Shown: positions 13,453 to 28,170, counted from the stretch's first letter. The stretch: 64,000 nucleotides of DNA from Octopus sinensis (GCF_006345805.1 NC_043004.1:48112001-48176000); one strand, 5' to 3'. Numbers and translations are program-made. Notes: a model not told the origin generated them from the letters alone.

Positions 13453-13608
13453 TATCTGTATATACTGTGTTTCAAAGCGACGAAAGTATTTTGACTCAAG
13501 TTAAATTTAAATGTTGCAGTTAATCTAACGTTATTATGTGTATTCTTAGATGGCTAATAGACATCTTCCATGCTGCAATTGTGCGTATAGGAGCATATAT
13601 ATAAATAA

Positions 13609-13639
<31 letters not shown>

Positions 13640-13648
<9 letters not shown>

Positions 13649-14162
13649 TATATATATATACGTTTAAATATTTGTTGTGCAAGATTTTTTATGTGAAGTC
13701 GTGTGTTGAAACAGATATTGTTATATTTCGGAATGGTCATTTTGCCAGTTTAGCCAATAAAAACACACGCACTATATATTTGGTATTACTTATTCAGTGT
13801 TATTTATTTATTCAGTGTTATTTATTTTTTACATTAATCTTAATCTTATTTCGGCCAGAGTTCTTTCGTCACACTCCTGTGACCGCATCAGTGGTCCTTT
13901 GTTTTCTTCTCACTTATTTGTGTCTCTCCTTACTAATACAAATACAATACAAAATGGCTGACGGTTAGTAAGGAGAGACACAAATAAGTGAGAAGAAAAC
14001 AAAGGACCACTGATGCGGTCACAGGAGTGTGACGAAAGAACTCTGGCCGAAATAAGATTAAGATTAATGTAAAAAATAAATAACACTGAAGCAAAGTAAC
14101 ACCAAATATATAGTGCGTGTGTTTTTATTGGCTAAACTGGCAAAATGAACATTCCGAAATAT

Positions 14163-14170
<8 letters not shown>
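13640..14170. repeat. Fold-back (head-to-head) duplication of a Penelope-type terminal repeat
   Basis: Arms 13715-13936 and 13965-14170 are reverse complements around a 28-nt spacer; a single-arm copy lies at ~63680-63965. Confidence 0.9.
14007..14046 (+). ncRNA. Hammerhead-like motif, A9C variant (mirror copy at 13855-13894 on -)
   Basis: CCA-CUGAUGC-G-GUCAC(aggagu)GUGAC-GAAA-G(aa)C-UC^UGG. Confidence 0.5.
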
Positions 14171-14225
<55 letters not shown>

Positions 14226-14622
14226 TAACTAATGTAGGATAAAAAATTTTTTCGAAAAAAAATTTTATCAAAAAATATGTTTAAAGGTTAAATTTATAAA
14301 TAACTTATAAAATAAGGGCAAAAGAAATTCTAATGCCAAATATGCCGAAAAAAAAGGGAAAATTGTCAATAACCATTATTATTAATGCGTCTCGAAACAA
14401 GCCGATAGAAATTTCTAAAAAATCCGTTATTACCGTATTGATCCCAATTTCAGAGTTAATTTATAAGAATTTTTTCCTCGTCAGCGATAAATACGTAAGA
14501 CATAAATGAAATACTTACTCATAGACATGGAAAAAGCAAGCACTAAGTCCTGAGCAGACCTAAGTACCTCAAATATATCCAAAATAGAAAATCGGCAAAT
14601 TTCGAGACGAGTATATATTATA

Positions 14623-14697
<75 letters not shown>

Positions 14698-14949
14698 GTA
14701 AAGAGAAAAAAGTAAATGCACTGAAATGTTTACGTTGAAAAGAATATTTTTATTAAGTAAGATATCTACAAAGTCACCTGGTTTCGTCTCTTTAGTTAAT
14801 CATCAATGAACATTTAGTAATAATGATATAATTCATTGCAACCGTAATGAGTTGTAGCTATTAGACTTTGATGACAGATCAGATCTTTTGTAAATAAGTA
14901 GATAAATAAATTTAGGAGTGCTAAGTTATTATTACTATTAGAATCAGGG

Positions 14950-15150
14950 AGACGGTGAGCTGGCAGAAACCTTAACACACCGGGCAAAAGGCTTAGCGGT
15001 CTTTCGACCGTGTTTACGTTCTGAGTTCAAATTCCACCGAGGTCCACTTTGCCTTTCATCCTTTTGGGGTCGCCAAATGAAGTACCAAGAAAGCACTCTG
15101 GGGCTGATGAAATCGACTATCCCCTCTCATAGGCCTTGTGCCTATGATAG
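14950..15150 (+). mobile_element. tRNA-derived SINE family A
   Basis: gacggtgagctggcagaaac...ctgagttcaaattcc...gcctttcatccttttggggtcg; many further copies in the window. Confidence 0.75.
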
Positions 15151-15271
15151 AAAGGATTATTAGTAGAATCAGGAAAGGTCATATATATATATATATGCAT
15201 ATATCATATATATGTCTATGCATATACATGCATATATATGTATGTATATATATATAATATATATATTATAT

Positions 15272-15320
<49 letters not shown>

Positions 15321-15325
15321 GCATA

Positions 15326-15366
<41 letters not shown>

Positions 15367-15436
15367 GCATATATATGTATATATATATATATATATATAA
15401 TATAATATATATATATATAAATATATATATAAATCT

Positions 15437-15469
<33 letters not shown>

Positions 15470-15494
15470 ATTATTTATATATATATATATATAG

Positions 15495-15558
<64 letters not shown>

Positions 15559-15559
<1 letters not shown>

Positions 15560-17071
15560 TGCTATGGGTACAAGGGCAGCACCAGTCATTGCGAACTTAA
15601 CAATGGGATACATGGAAATAATCATTTACCAGGAATCTTTATCAATCTTTGGAAGCCCCCTCTCTCAATACATAAAAGAGAATTGGGAACGATTCTTAGA
15701 CGATTGTTTTATTCTCTGGAATGAAAACACAGATAAACTCCTAAAATTTAAAAACCTATTGAACAGCATAAACCCAAATATACAGTTCACAATGGAATAC
15801 AACCAAAAGGAGCTCCCGTTCTTGGATATACTAATTAAAAAAATTAACCTTAAAATAGAAACAGACATTTTTTACAAAGCCACAGACGCCAAACAATACC
15901 TTCTTTTTAATTCATGCCACCCAAGACACACTAAAACAAACATCCCCTTCAACCTTGCAAGAAGGATATGCACAATAGTGTCAGAACAAAATATCAGGAA
16001 CTTTAGACTGCAAGAACTCAAAAACACCCTAATTGACAGACATTACCCAGCTCAACTCATAGAGGATGGGATCAGACGTGCAACAGAAATCAACATAGAA
16101 ACTTTAAGAAAAGTTCAACACAACAACACACCTTCCCCGAAAATACTACCTTACATATTTACATACAACCCCAGAAACAAAGAAGCCTTCACCATCATCA
16201 CCCAGAATTTACCAATACTTCATAAAGACCCCAAATTAAAGGAAATTCTAAACATACACCAAATCATTAAAAGCTACAAACAGCCTAAATCACTTAAAAA
16301 GATTCTCACAAAGGCAAAATTGTCTTCTGAAATTACGGATGCAAAAGTAAAAAAATGTGGTAGATCGAACTGTGCAACATGTCCTAACCTGCTAGAAGGA
16401 TCAGAATTCCTCTTTAAAGAGGGACAGAAATTCAAGATCAAATCTAACTTTACTTGTGCCTCTGAAAACATAATTTATGTCATAAAATGCTCGGGCTGCC
16501 ACCAAGACTACGTGGGTTCCACGGGACTATCACTCAGACGTAGATGCACGCTGCATCGACAACAGATTGCATTCCCAGAATATAGAATGATACCTTTTAG
16601 TGAGCACATTGAGAAATGCGCAAAGCAACTACTACCACAATTTTTAATCTTTCCATTTTACCAATGTGCTTTCGGATCATCAACACAAATTAGACTAAAC
16701 AAGGAAACATTCTTCATTGAAAAGTACAAGCCCAGACTCAACCATCCGAACATACTGATACAGAGAAATTCACACCAAGGGAAAGGAAAAAATTTTTAAG
16801 CGATTATCTCCCTTACACCGGAAGAAATCACTCACTACCTCCCCTTATTTAGAACTCTCCTGAACATAAACATAACGATAACTTTATTCAACATAAACAT
16901 AACGTCGCAAGAAATTTGAAAAGCTACACGCGAAACCGGTCTTTCTTTTAAATTATGTCATTATAAGAGAAAATTTTTTTTTTTTTAATTTTCTAATATT
17001 CTTCAGACATATTGACGCAAATATATATATTTTTTAACATTTAAGCCATCTATAGTTTTTTCACTCTTTAC

Positions 17072-17075
<4 letters not shown>
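15559..17075 (+). mobile_element. 5'-truncated Penelope-like retroelement (RT C-terminus plus GIY-YIG endonuclease) inserted in (TA)n
   Basis: ORF 15564-16799 with MGTRAAP, RFLDDCF, LPFLDI, SCHPRHTK, CxxC zinc finger, IIYVIKC...YVGST; (TA)n on both sides; hammerhead in the 3' repeat. Confidence 0.9.
16909..16947 (+). ncRNA. Minimal type I hammerhead ribozyme, U3:A8 variant, in the Penelope 3' repeat
   Basis: AAGAAA-u-UUGAAAA-GC(uacac)GC-GAAA-CCGG-UC^UUUCUU, with palindromic stem III and GUC triplet. Confidence 0.65.
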
Positions 17076-17122
<47 letters not shown>

Positions 17123-17546
17123 TATTGAGATCCCCTTCGGGCAAAATGTTGCATGTTGCTACGCGCTTTGTCCGGTGTGCTAACGATTCTGCCAGTCGCC
17201 GCCTAAAAAAGGATAATAATAACGTTCTCAAACAAAGGAAATGCAATTCACGAGCAACATAAATGATTTTCGGTCAAGGTTCGATCATCATAATGTTTTC
17301 CTTACTGATAATTTGTAGTAAATCAAAGTATTTAGGACTCTAAGAAATACACATACTCCCGAACGATAAGTGATAGTCAAGTGGTGATCTTTAACAAACT
17401 GATAATTAAAGACCAAAGAAAACATATACAAACGTGAAAGCCAATGGAAAAACTGAAGAGGAAATGTAAACTACTTTGTGCCCTTATCGCAGTACATTAT
17501 AGAACTATGATCACCGTCAATCTCCGCTTCCTTTGTGAATAACTAA

Positions 17547-17994
17547 GGTATCTTTTCGGTTTGAACGGCAGTTTTTTTCGAGCGGTGTCATATGAAATTT
17601 TCACCCATAATTATGACCCTAGTATCGATCTATTGCATTTCAATCTGTTTTAGGGTTAGGGTTAGTTGGGGTTAGTAAGGGTTAGGGTTAGGGATGGGGG
17701 TGGGGGAAGGGTATCTTTTTTCTTCAGAAATGTAAATAAACCCAATGTTTCTTAAACGAGAGACATATTCATACGGAACAGAATGCTTTTTTACCTCAAT
17801 GGACGTCAATGATTGGTTGAAATTGCAAAAATTGAATAAAAAAAACAACAAATATCTTACAAACTATAGAATTTTCTCAATAAAGCCAAGAGAAAAAGAT
17901 GTTTTATAAACACATTCTACCAGTATACGAAGTTTAAAATTTTTTAGTTACCTAGAAATTATGTTAAAAACTGCCGTTCAAACCGAAAAGATCC
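17547..17994. mobile_element. MITE with ~28-bp TIRs and internal TTAGGG-like repeats (copy 1)
   Basis: TIRs atcttttcggtttgaacggcagttttt / aaaaactgccgttcaaaccgaaaagat; near-identical to 21253-21732. Confidence 0.85.
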
Positions 17995-19478
17995 TAAGTA
18001 CTGTATAACTGGGCGTAGAGAAGACAATTTTTCCTTTTTTTTTTTTTTTTTTGTTACCTAAATTATGCCTCGAAAATTAAGCGAGCCATCGAAAGTAATA
18101 GTTCTCAAATTCGCAAAGCTCAAATTGCTCAAAATATCGATGAAGTTTCTGCCAGCTGACAGAATATTTAGCACGCCGGACAAAATGCTCAGTATGATTT
18201 GTTCTGGCTCTTTGCTTTCTAAGTTCAAATCCCACTGAGAGTCGATTTTTGCCTTTCATCCTTTTGGGGTTGATAAAATAAGTAGTATTCATGTACTGGG
18301 GTTGACGTAATCGACTTGTACCTTCCCCTAAAAAATACTGGCCTATACTAAAATAATAAAGAATTATTAATTTGAGGATTGTTTCTCAAATTCACAAACA
18401 CCAAGCTGCTCTAAAATATAAGCGAATTTTTTTGCTTCCTCTCACCTTTTTTATAATCTTTTCTTCTCTAGGCACAAGGCCCGAAATTTGGGGGGAGGGG
18501 GCCAGTCGATTACATTTACTCCAGTACATGAATACTACTTATTTTATCGACCCCAAAAGGATGGTACTTAATTTATCGATCCCGAAAGGATGAAAGACAA
18601 AGTTGGCCTCGGCAGAACTTGAACTCAGAACGTAAAGACAGACGAAATGCCGATAACGTTTCACCTTTTTTTATAATGAGCAGAGAAAATATAATATACA
18701 TTAATATAATTCTTTTTTCTTCATCATGGCGTAGAGCAAATACAAATATTTAAAAATTAGCTGTTTTATTAAGCATAGCAAATTGTCCATCTCCGTTTCA
18801 ATCCTCCCAGCCTTACAATCAATATTAGAGAGCCTGCATTCCTCACATGGGAACTTGTTATATTTTTCTTAGATCAGTTTTAACCCCCGAGTAGAGTTAC
18901 CTATACTATACGGTGTTGTTGCTTAAGAAAAGTTAAAGATAACATGCAGACTATAACTGATAAACAGTATATATAAGTCTCTATGCTATTTATAAACATA
19001 TTGGTAAAATATGTGAAATTGCTTGACCCTTTTATGTTTATCTTCGTTTTAAACTTTCAAGTTAAAGCTGGAGTGCAACTCCAAGGCTGGAGTTCCCTTC
19101 ATCGAGAAATGCAGCTTTTAATAATTTTTATGTAGTTTAGAATATTCATATAAATAGGTTAAGACAATTTTCTGCAGTTTAAATTATTTATACTGATAGG
19201 TAATTATACATATATATATTTTTTTTAAATACCTTTTTTTTTCATGCGAAGTGAGACAGAATAATCTCCATTAGCTCTAAAGTGCTCCGAGAGTACAAAC
19301 ATTTGGAGAAACACAATTTAAAATTAATTTTAACATGCATACACATGCAAACACATACGCACATATATACGTACATGCATGCATGTATAGGCACACACAC
19401 ATACTGACCCATTGATCCACACACATGCGCACAAACAAACAAAAGGGAATGCAGTGTAAATAACGGACAGAGTCAAAA

Positions 19479-19515
19479 CTATTGAAAAGGTTGCAAGACG
19501 CAACGAAAATTTTAG
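19479..19515 (+). ncRNA. Hammerhead-like motif, U3:A8 variant (related copy at 36091-36127 on -)
   Basis: CUA-UUGAAAA-G-GUUGC(aagac)GCAAC-GAAA-AU-UU^UAG; stem I is only 3 bp. Confidence 0.5.
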
Positions 19516-21252
19516 AAAATAAAAATAAGAAATAAGTGGAAATTTTACCGGTGAGTGTGTTAAATAATAAGGCACTAAAAGAGAATGACTCTCCCCAGAC
19601 ACAACAGAATATGCTTCAACACACGAACTCATATAAAGAATCTTGCAAACCAAATCCAAAAACGAAATTTAAAAAAAAAACAATTATTGAAAAAATATAA
19701 TAACCTAATTCAACCTACCTATTTGACGCCCAGATCTTTATACTTCGATTTTCGTCTGGAATGTTTTAGTAAATATAGTTTTATATAATCCCCTCAAGAA
19801 TGTATTGAGAACAGAGTTTTCTTAGCCGATGTTGTTATTTCAATGTCTTCCAGCCTACGTTTGCTTACTGAATGGACTTCTTATTAGCTTTTGTGGTGTG
19901 AGGATGATTCACGTTAAGATAAACTGCAAGTCAAGATAAGTCTAATAATTGTAGTTGATCATCAATTTGTATTCATTATTTTTTTTGTTATCGTATATTG
20001 ATGTTCTGTCACATGTTTCAGGACACAAGCACTTACGATAAGCCCTTTTATATATTATATACTTGCAGGTTATTGTGATGTCCTGCTCTCACCACGAAAC
20101 CTACGATTAAAAAGTTTTACCGCCATGAAATCACCGTCTTTTATTTTAGATACTCACTCTAGACCTGCATTATCTAAGATGACCTTCTCTTTTTAAAGAT
20201 AGTAAGGATTTAGCTTCTATCTCTTCCAGGTTGAGCAACAACAACATAAAGGCCCCACCGTCAGCTCATTACAGTAAGTTATTCTACTAAACTTAGACAT
20301 CAATTACTTCATAGTATCTACACGTGATATAAATAAAATCAATAAACTCCCCTGATGAGCCTTTTCCGAATCCACGGGTATCTACTATAAAAGTCAAACG
20401 CTTATCTCTGTTCCTATAACGTAAAATAGAAGCCTGGACAGGTTACTAGGATGATGATGATGATATAGTCACCTTTATCACTTGGGGCAATGAATTCCGT
20501 ACTCCCATTTGAGATAAACATGTTAAAAATTATTTTTTAAAAAAACAGCCAGCACTTTGGCTAATCATTTTCTGAATTCACGGGGATACACTATAGAGCA
20601 GAAGCTTCTCTATAGTTTCGAAAAGGTAAAACAGAAGCCTGGCTAGGTTACTAGGGTGACGATGAAGTCTCCTTTATTCACTTGAAGAAATGAATTTGCC
20701 TCTCCAATTCGACAGCCTGCAATTCAGTCGCTCCTGTCATCATCGATGCACTTCGTTAGTCCTTTGCTTTCCCTTTTTCCTTTTTTTTCTTTTTTCGTAA
20801 GGGGCATGATAGATAATGTTGATTTTAATATTCGGTTGAATAAAAGATGGGATGGTCATGACTGGAATGCGTCTTCGTGGTCAGAAGTGACACGGGGCAA
20901 AAATTTCAACATCACTATCATCGTTGTTATTATCAGCAGAACCACACTACCACCATTACCCTCACATTAGTCGTTAATAGTTCAGATAGCGCTTCAAGGA
21001 TTGAGTGGGGCGGGGACACTCACATAAAGTAAGTCAGTTGAATAAACCCTAAATTATTAAGCTAAACACTTGATTTTCGTAATGATTAGAATACAGATAA
21101 GATTTAGCGATTACCTGCACTCTCACATTAGGCAAATGAAAGATGACACCCCGCACTAGATAATGCTCTAATCGAAAACCCACGGTTTAATTCATCCGAT
21201 GGTAAAAGCTAAGTCACGGAAGCCATTCTATCACTCATGAATTCCACAATTC

Positions 21253-21732
21253 AGATCTTTTCGGTTTGAACGGCAGTTTTTTCTAGCGGTGTCATATGAA
21301 ATTGTCACCCATAATTATGACCCTAGTATCGATCTATTGCATTTCAATATGTTTTAAGGTTAGGGTTAGTTAGGGTTAGTTAGGGTTAGTTAGGGTTAGA
21401 GTCAGGGTTAGGGTTAGAGTTAGGGTTAGGGTTAGGGGTGGGGGAAGGGTATCTTTTTTTCTTCACAAATGTAAATAAACCCAATCTGTTTCTTGAATGA
21501 GGGACATATTCATATGGCACAGAATGCTTTGTACCTCAATGGACGTCAATGATTGGTTGAAATTGCAGATATTGAAGAAAAAACAACAAATATCTTACAA
21601 ACTATAGAACTTTCTCAATAAAGCCAAGAGAAAAAGATGTTTTATAAACACATTCGACCAGTATACGAAGTTTAAAATTTTTTAGTTACCTAGAAATTAT
21701 GTTAAAAACTGCCGTTCGAACCGAAAAGATCC
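21253..21732. mobile_element. Mutator-type MITE with 9-bp TSD and internal (TTAGGG)n-like tract (copy 2)
   Basis: TIRs as in copy 1; direct repeat ccacaattc at 21244-21252 and 21733-21741. Confidence 0.85.
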
Positions 21733-22040
21733 CCACAATTCTATTGGTCCTTGCAGATGCGATTAACTACTCGGGTTATTTCTTAAAACGAAAGGGAAAG
21801 GGACTTCAGTTCCTTAGTCATCTGCTTCTTGGACATTATTCCATGCATTTACCAACTCGTGAACTCACATCCTATCAGCTTAGTTATTCGTGGTGTCTCC
21901 AAATATAATGTTTAAAACGGAAAGCACCAATACTCAGTTTTTAATGTGGTTGAGAAGTTCACTTTGCAGATACGTGGCCCCAAGTTCAGTCTCACGCATT
22001 GCATCTTGAGTAAATATATATTCTACTATATATTTAGATG

Positions 22041-22345
22041 TGGAGGCACATGGCCTAGTGGTTAGAGCAGCGGACTCACGGTCGATGGATCGCGGTTTCG
22101 GATTTCAGACCGGGCTATGTGTGTGTTTATGAGCGAAACACCTAAGCTCCACACGGCTCCGGCAGAAGGTAATGGCGAACTTCTGCTGACTCTTTCGCCA
22201 CAACTTTCTCTCACTCTTTCTTCCTGCATCTTGCAGCTCACCTGCGACGGACCAGCGTCCCGTCCAGGTGGGGAACCTATACGAGAAGTAAACAGGGAAA
22301 ACCGGCCCTTATGAGCCAGGCATGGCTTGAGAGGGAACAAACAAT
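22041..22345 (+). mobile_element. tRNA-derived SINE family C
   Basis: ggaggcacatggcctagtggttagagcagcggactc...ggtttcggatttc has A/B-box-like head; related copies at 25260-25590 and 26035-26250. Confidence 0.75.
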
Positions 22346-22628
22346 ATATTTAGATAAACCAGACTCCTGAAAGTGAAATTTGGTCAATGAAAATTATACA
22401 GTCTCTTATGGTGACCGTTCCTGTAGTGAAATAGATTAAATCAATTGCGGGTTTAATATCACCGAATAGCCCTTGGGTGTTAACCCTATTGCAGGCATTC
22501 AGGCCAGATTTCCATTCTGAGGACAAGTTCATAGATATTTATATATTCGAGCCATAAAAAATATAACTGCAGAGTAACATTTAACAATGTTTTCATTTTC
22601 ATTTTCTTCTACTAAATAAATAAATGTA

Positions 22629-23040
22629 GCAGGAGTGGCTGTGTGGTAAGTAGCTTGCTAACCAACCACATGGTTCAGGGTTCAGTCCCACTGCGTGGCA
22701 TCTTGGGCAAGTGTCTTCTGCTATAGCCCCGGGCCGACCAATGCCTTGTGAGTGGATTTGGTAGACAGAAACTGAAAGAAGCCTGTCGTATATATGTATA
22801 TGTATATATGTATGTGTGTGTGTTTGTGTGCCTATGTTTGTTCCCCTAGCATTGCTTGACAACCAATGCTGGTGTGTTTACGTCCCCGTCACTTAGCGGT
22901 TCAGCAAAAGAGACCGATAGAATAAGTACTGGGCTTACAAAGAATAAGTTCCGGGGTCGATTTGCTCGACTAAAGGCGGTGCTTCAGCATGGCTGCAGTC
23001 AAATGACTGAAACAAGTAAAAGAGAAAAGAGTAAAGAGTA
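22629..23040 (+). mobile_element. tRNA-derived SINE family B, full length
   Basis: Head ggagtggctgtgtggtaagtagc, internal microsatellite, tail gaaacaagtaaaagag. Confidence 0.8.
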
Positions 23041-23267
23041 GCTTTGACATGCTACGATAAACATCTATGGTTCCTACATAAAGATACTAAGCTCCTATAA
23101 ATTTTACACACATGAATTATAAATGTCACCTCGACGGTGATTAATACAATCTTCTACAGGTTTGTTAAGTGTTTATGCTCTACGATGCATGTGTGTGTGT
23201 TTGTTTGTGTGTGTGTATGTGCGCGCGCGCGTGTGTGTGTGTGTGTGTGCACGTGTGTGTGTGTGTG

Positions 23268-23304
<37 letters not shown>

Positions 23305-26300
23305 TGTGTGTGTGTGTAAAATATTTTACCTGCTTCAGCCATTAGAATCCGTCATACTGGGACACCTCGAATGGTTTAACCGAACAAATTGACTTTTTCT
23401 CTTAAAGTGTCGTTCTTATTCTATTGGTCTCTTTTGCAGAAAAGTTACGGAGACGTAAACAAAACAACACCGGTTTTCAGAGTGAAAGACACTTCGGTGG
23501 AGGGCAAGCATAAACACAAAGACACACACATAGATATACGCCTGCGCACATACGGATACATAAATATATTTGTATATATACAATGGGCTTCTTTCAGTTT
23601 CCGTTTAGCAATCACACCCGCGAAGATTTTGCTGGCTCGGGATTATAGTACAAGGCACTTGCACAAAATGCCACGTAGTGGGACTGTACTCGGCATCACG
23701 TGATTAAGAAGTAAACCTCTTACCACACAATCACGCTTGTACATACATACGTACATACATACAAACATACATACATACATACATACATACATACATACAT
23801 ACTACATACATACATACATACATACATACATACATGTGAAATCAGAAAGGAGAAAGGTAATTGGAAGGCTACAGATCCAATCCATTACTGGGAAATGTAC
23901 AAATCTGTAAAACTCTCTTGAAGTTTATCATTTAAATACATATGAGCATGTCAAGATATGACACTATATGCATGAGAATACATACATAAGCAAAACATAC
24001 AAATCTGCACATATGCATACATGCATGCATACATACATACATACATACATACATACATACATACATACATGCTCTGTTGTTGATGTTGAAATTCCAATAA
24101 AGGAGCCCTGGATCTAGGTTAGAAACTGGCTCTTTCTCTATTGGCAAGAAATCTTGAAATAAAACTGAACAATGACTTATATATACATAAACATATTCAC
24201 ATACTCACGTATAAAGACACATGGCCGAGTGGTTAGGGTCCTAGGGTCACGGTTATTGAATCGTAGGTTTGATTCCTGGACTGGGTGATGCTTTTTACTG
24301 CTCAGAGCAAGGTGCATTATTTCTCGACGTTGCAATCTACTTAGCAGAGAATGGGTACCAGTCGGCTGCTGTTACAATATTCTTGCCCAACATCTGTCAT
24401 CACAAGTGTTCCAGCGAATATTTCCGAGATAGAGTCTGTGTCTTTTAGCCTGAAAGAATAAGCGAATACGTAGTACGTGCTATCATGCCATATTCGCTTG
24501 TGAGTGATGGCTATGCAAGTTATATATATATATATATCAAAGCCATAGTGTTTTGTTTTACTCTATCAGCCACTAAATAATCTGGTTAAATATTTTGGTA
24601 GTCATGTGTGAGTGTGAACCTGATATTCAAGACATTTATATAGTTTTTATTTCTTATTTATTTAGCCTAATTTCAGTTTACCCCACCGCATGTCCTTATA
24701 CTCAAAACATATCAAAACAAGGACACTATGAAATCAAAAACGGAAACTGCAAATAAGCGAAAAGTTAAACTAGAACATATGATACTGTTTCACTTCATTC
24801 TTAAACAGCAACTTTCAGATGACAACTATTTAGAGTGAATGTATGAGTAAGATGTTCTTTTCTACTCTAGGCACATGGCCCGAGATTTTGGTGGAGGGGG
24901 CCAGTCGATTAAATGGACCCCAGTACGCAACTGGTACTTAATTTATCGACCCCGAAAGGATGAAAGGCAAAGTTGACCTCGGTGGAATTTGAACTCAGAA
25001 AGTAAAGACAGACGAAATAGTGTGAGTAAGATACTGAGTAAACCCACCCCCCGCGCTCTAAATCCACTATTAAGCTATAGAAGCCGATAAATAACAAGTA
25101 CTAATATGTTTGTGCAGAATGAATAGACTACAATCCTTCGTTTTACAAAACTAGTCTTTGTTAAATGAATAGAATGGAAACGTTTTCCACCGAGTTACTT
25201 TGTTTTTACGCTCACATTCTTTTAGTTACTAATTTTACCTCTGTATATATTTGATTATGTGGAGGCACAATGGCCCAGTGGTTAGTGCAGTGAACTCGCA
25301 GTCGTAGGATCACGGTTTCAATTCTCAGACCGGGCGTTGTGAGTGTTTATTGAGCGAAAACACCTAAAGCTCCACGAGGCTGTGGCAGGGGGGTGGTGGC
25401 GATCCCTGCTGTACTCTTTCGCCACAACTTTCTCTCACTCTTTCTTCGGTTGGCCTGCTCGTTTAGTCAGCGGGGTGGCGTCGGTAGGCCTGCTCGTTTA
25501 GTCAGCGGGGTGGCGTCATTTGAAGGCTAAAACAATGCGAAGCGCATTGTGACCAGCATCTGATAGCCTGGTCGGTCACGGTGATCACGGGGATATATTT
25601 GATTATACGAGTTTATATTTCGATTATATAATGCGTTTGATTGTCCAAAGAGGGTTAATAACCCTAATATCATTATATTTTGTGTAAAAATGGGTTATTT
25701 TGATCGCGTCGTCGATATATCTCTCCATCAATGAATACTATTTAGGTATCTGCATCTGTAATGTACAGTTGAAGGGCGACAGCTGGACGCTAATTTAGCT
25801 TACACAAACATATTCAATGATAACAATACGATAACCGTTGCTTTGCTAACGGTAAATGGTATTTTTATTAAATATAAATTGAATATTTAAAGAGCTAATA
25901 TATTCAATTTGTATACAAAGTGTCAATGTAAGAATTAGAAACCTATTTCTAAAAACTTTATTTCTATTTTCATTTTCAGAAAACAAAATACATAATAGCA
26001 GATGGTTTTTAATTGGTAAATTGTTGAAATTGTGGAGGTGCATGGCTTAGTGGTTAGGGTGTCAGCATCATGATCGTAAGATTATGGTTTCGATTCCTGC
26101 ACCGGACGACGCGTTGTGTTCTTGAGCATAACACTTCATTTCACGTTGCTCCAGTCCACTCAGCTGGCAAAAATGAGTAACTCTGTGATGGACTGGCGTC
26201 TCGCCCAGCAGGGGAACACATACGCCATTGAAATCGGGAAACTGGGCCCATGCGCCTGGCTAGGCTTTAAAAGGGCGATCAGCTTTCTCAATGAAGGCCT

Positions 26301-26406
26301 ACAAAATAATCATTTAATGTCTCTAACTAAAAATATTTATCTGAAAAATATTCTATTTCATATTCTATAAACTCTCTCTCTCTCTCCCTCTCTTTCTCTC
26401 TCTCCT

Positions 26407-26455
<49 letters not shown>

Positions 26456-26592
26456 CAAATAAGAAAATGGAGACATATACAATCGATAAGCATCAGCCAG
26501 TAAACATTCAATTATATCTATTTATTAAATAATTATAAACATATGTGTGCGTGATACAAATTAATGAATGAAATCTGTCAATAACTGCATAA

Positions 26593-27480
<888 letters not shown>

Positions 27481-27899
27481 ATGAATTCATATATACCATC
27501 CCATAAATATTGCGGTTTTTTATACTCCTTTTAGTTTTCAAAATTAAGATCAACGAATTTCTTTTTTGATCTAAAATTAAGATAAACGAATATCTTTTTT
27601 GATCTAAAATATACTCTCTTACACTTTTTCAAGATCAGTGACGAAAAGTCACTGGAAAAAGGATATATGTATTTGCATTGGGACCCTTCCATCGAAAACT
27701 GGTGATTACCGTGCGCTGATGACGGGTCAATACCCAGAAACTGCAGTCCGTGCGTATCACATAGGTTGACGAGGGAAGGATGACCTCACTTTGCAATTAC
27801 CGATAGGGCACAGAAAGTGAGTCAATAGCCAGCTGGAGAAGATTTCTCCTGTGGCTACAAGCTACAGTAACATCCACCCTTAGTGGTTAGCCATATTTA

Positions 27900-28170
27900 G
27901 ATGGCAAATACACTTCACATTGCCGTGCAGTTACTGTCTATACCTCGTTCAGAGACTTATTATATACTCTCTTTCCTTTTCTATAATGCTCTTCCATCTA
28001 TCTGGTAGACTTGCAAGACTCCTCTTCCAAAATTCACTTGTCCGTGACGAAAATTACTTCTCTAGTACTGTTCTGACCTCGTCTACAGAATTCATACTTT
28101 TTCTGCCCAAATGATTTTGAAGACTGCGGAATATATGATAATCAGATGGGGCAATTTCGATCAGAGAAAG
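27900..28170 (-). mobile_element. Mariner transposase fragment
   Basis: EIAPSDYHIFRSLQNHL (YSPDLAPSDY motif), joined to the L1/Tx1 relic. Confidence 0.7.

Noticed and set aside
22041-22110. tRNA-like sequences (also 25260, 26035 and the SINE A/B heads)
   Set aside because: They continue into SINE bodies and lack a complete cloverleaf, so they are not tRNA genes.
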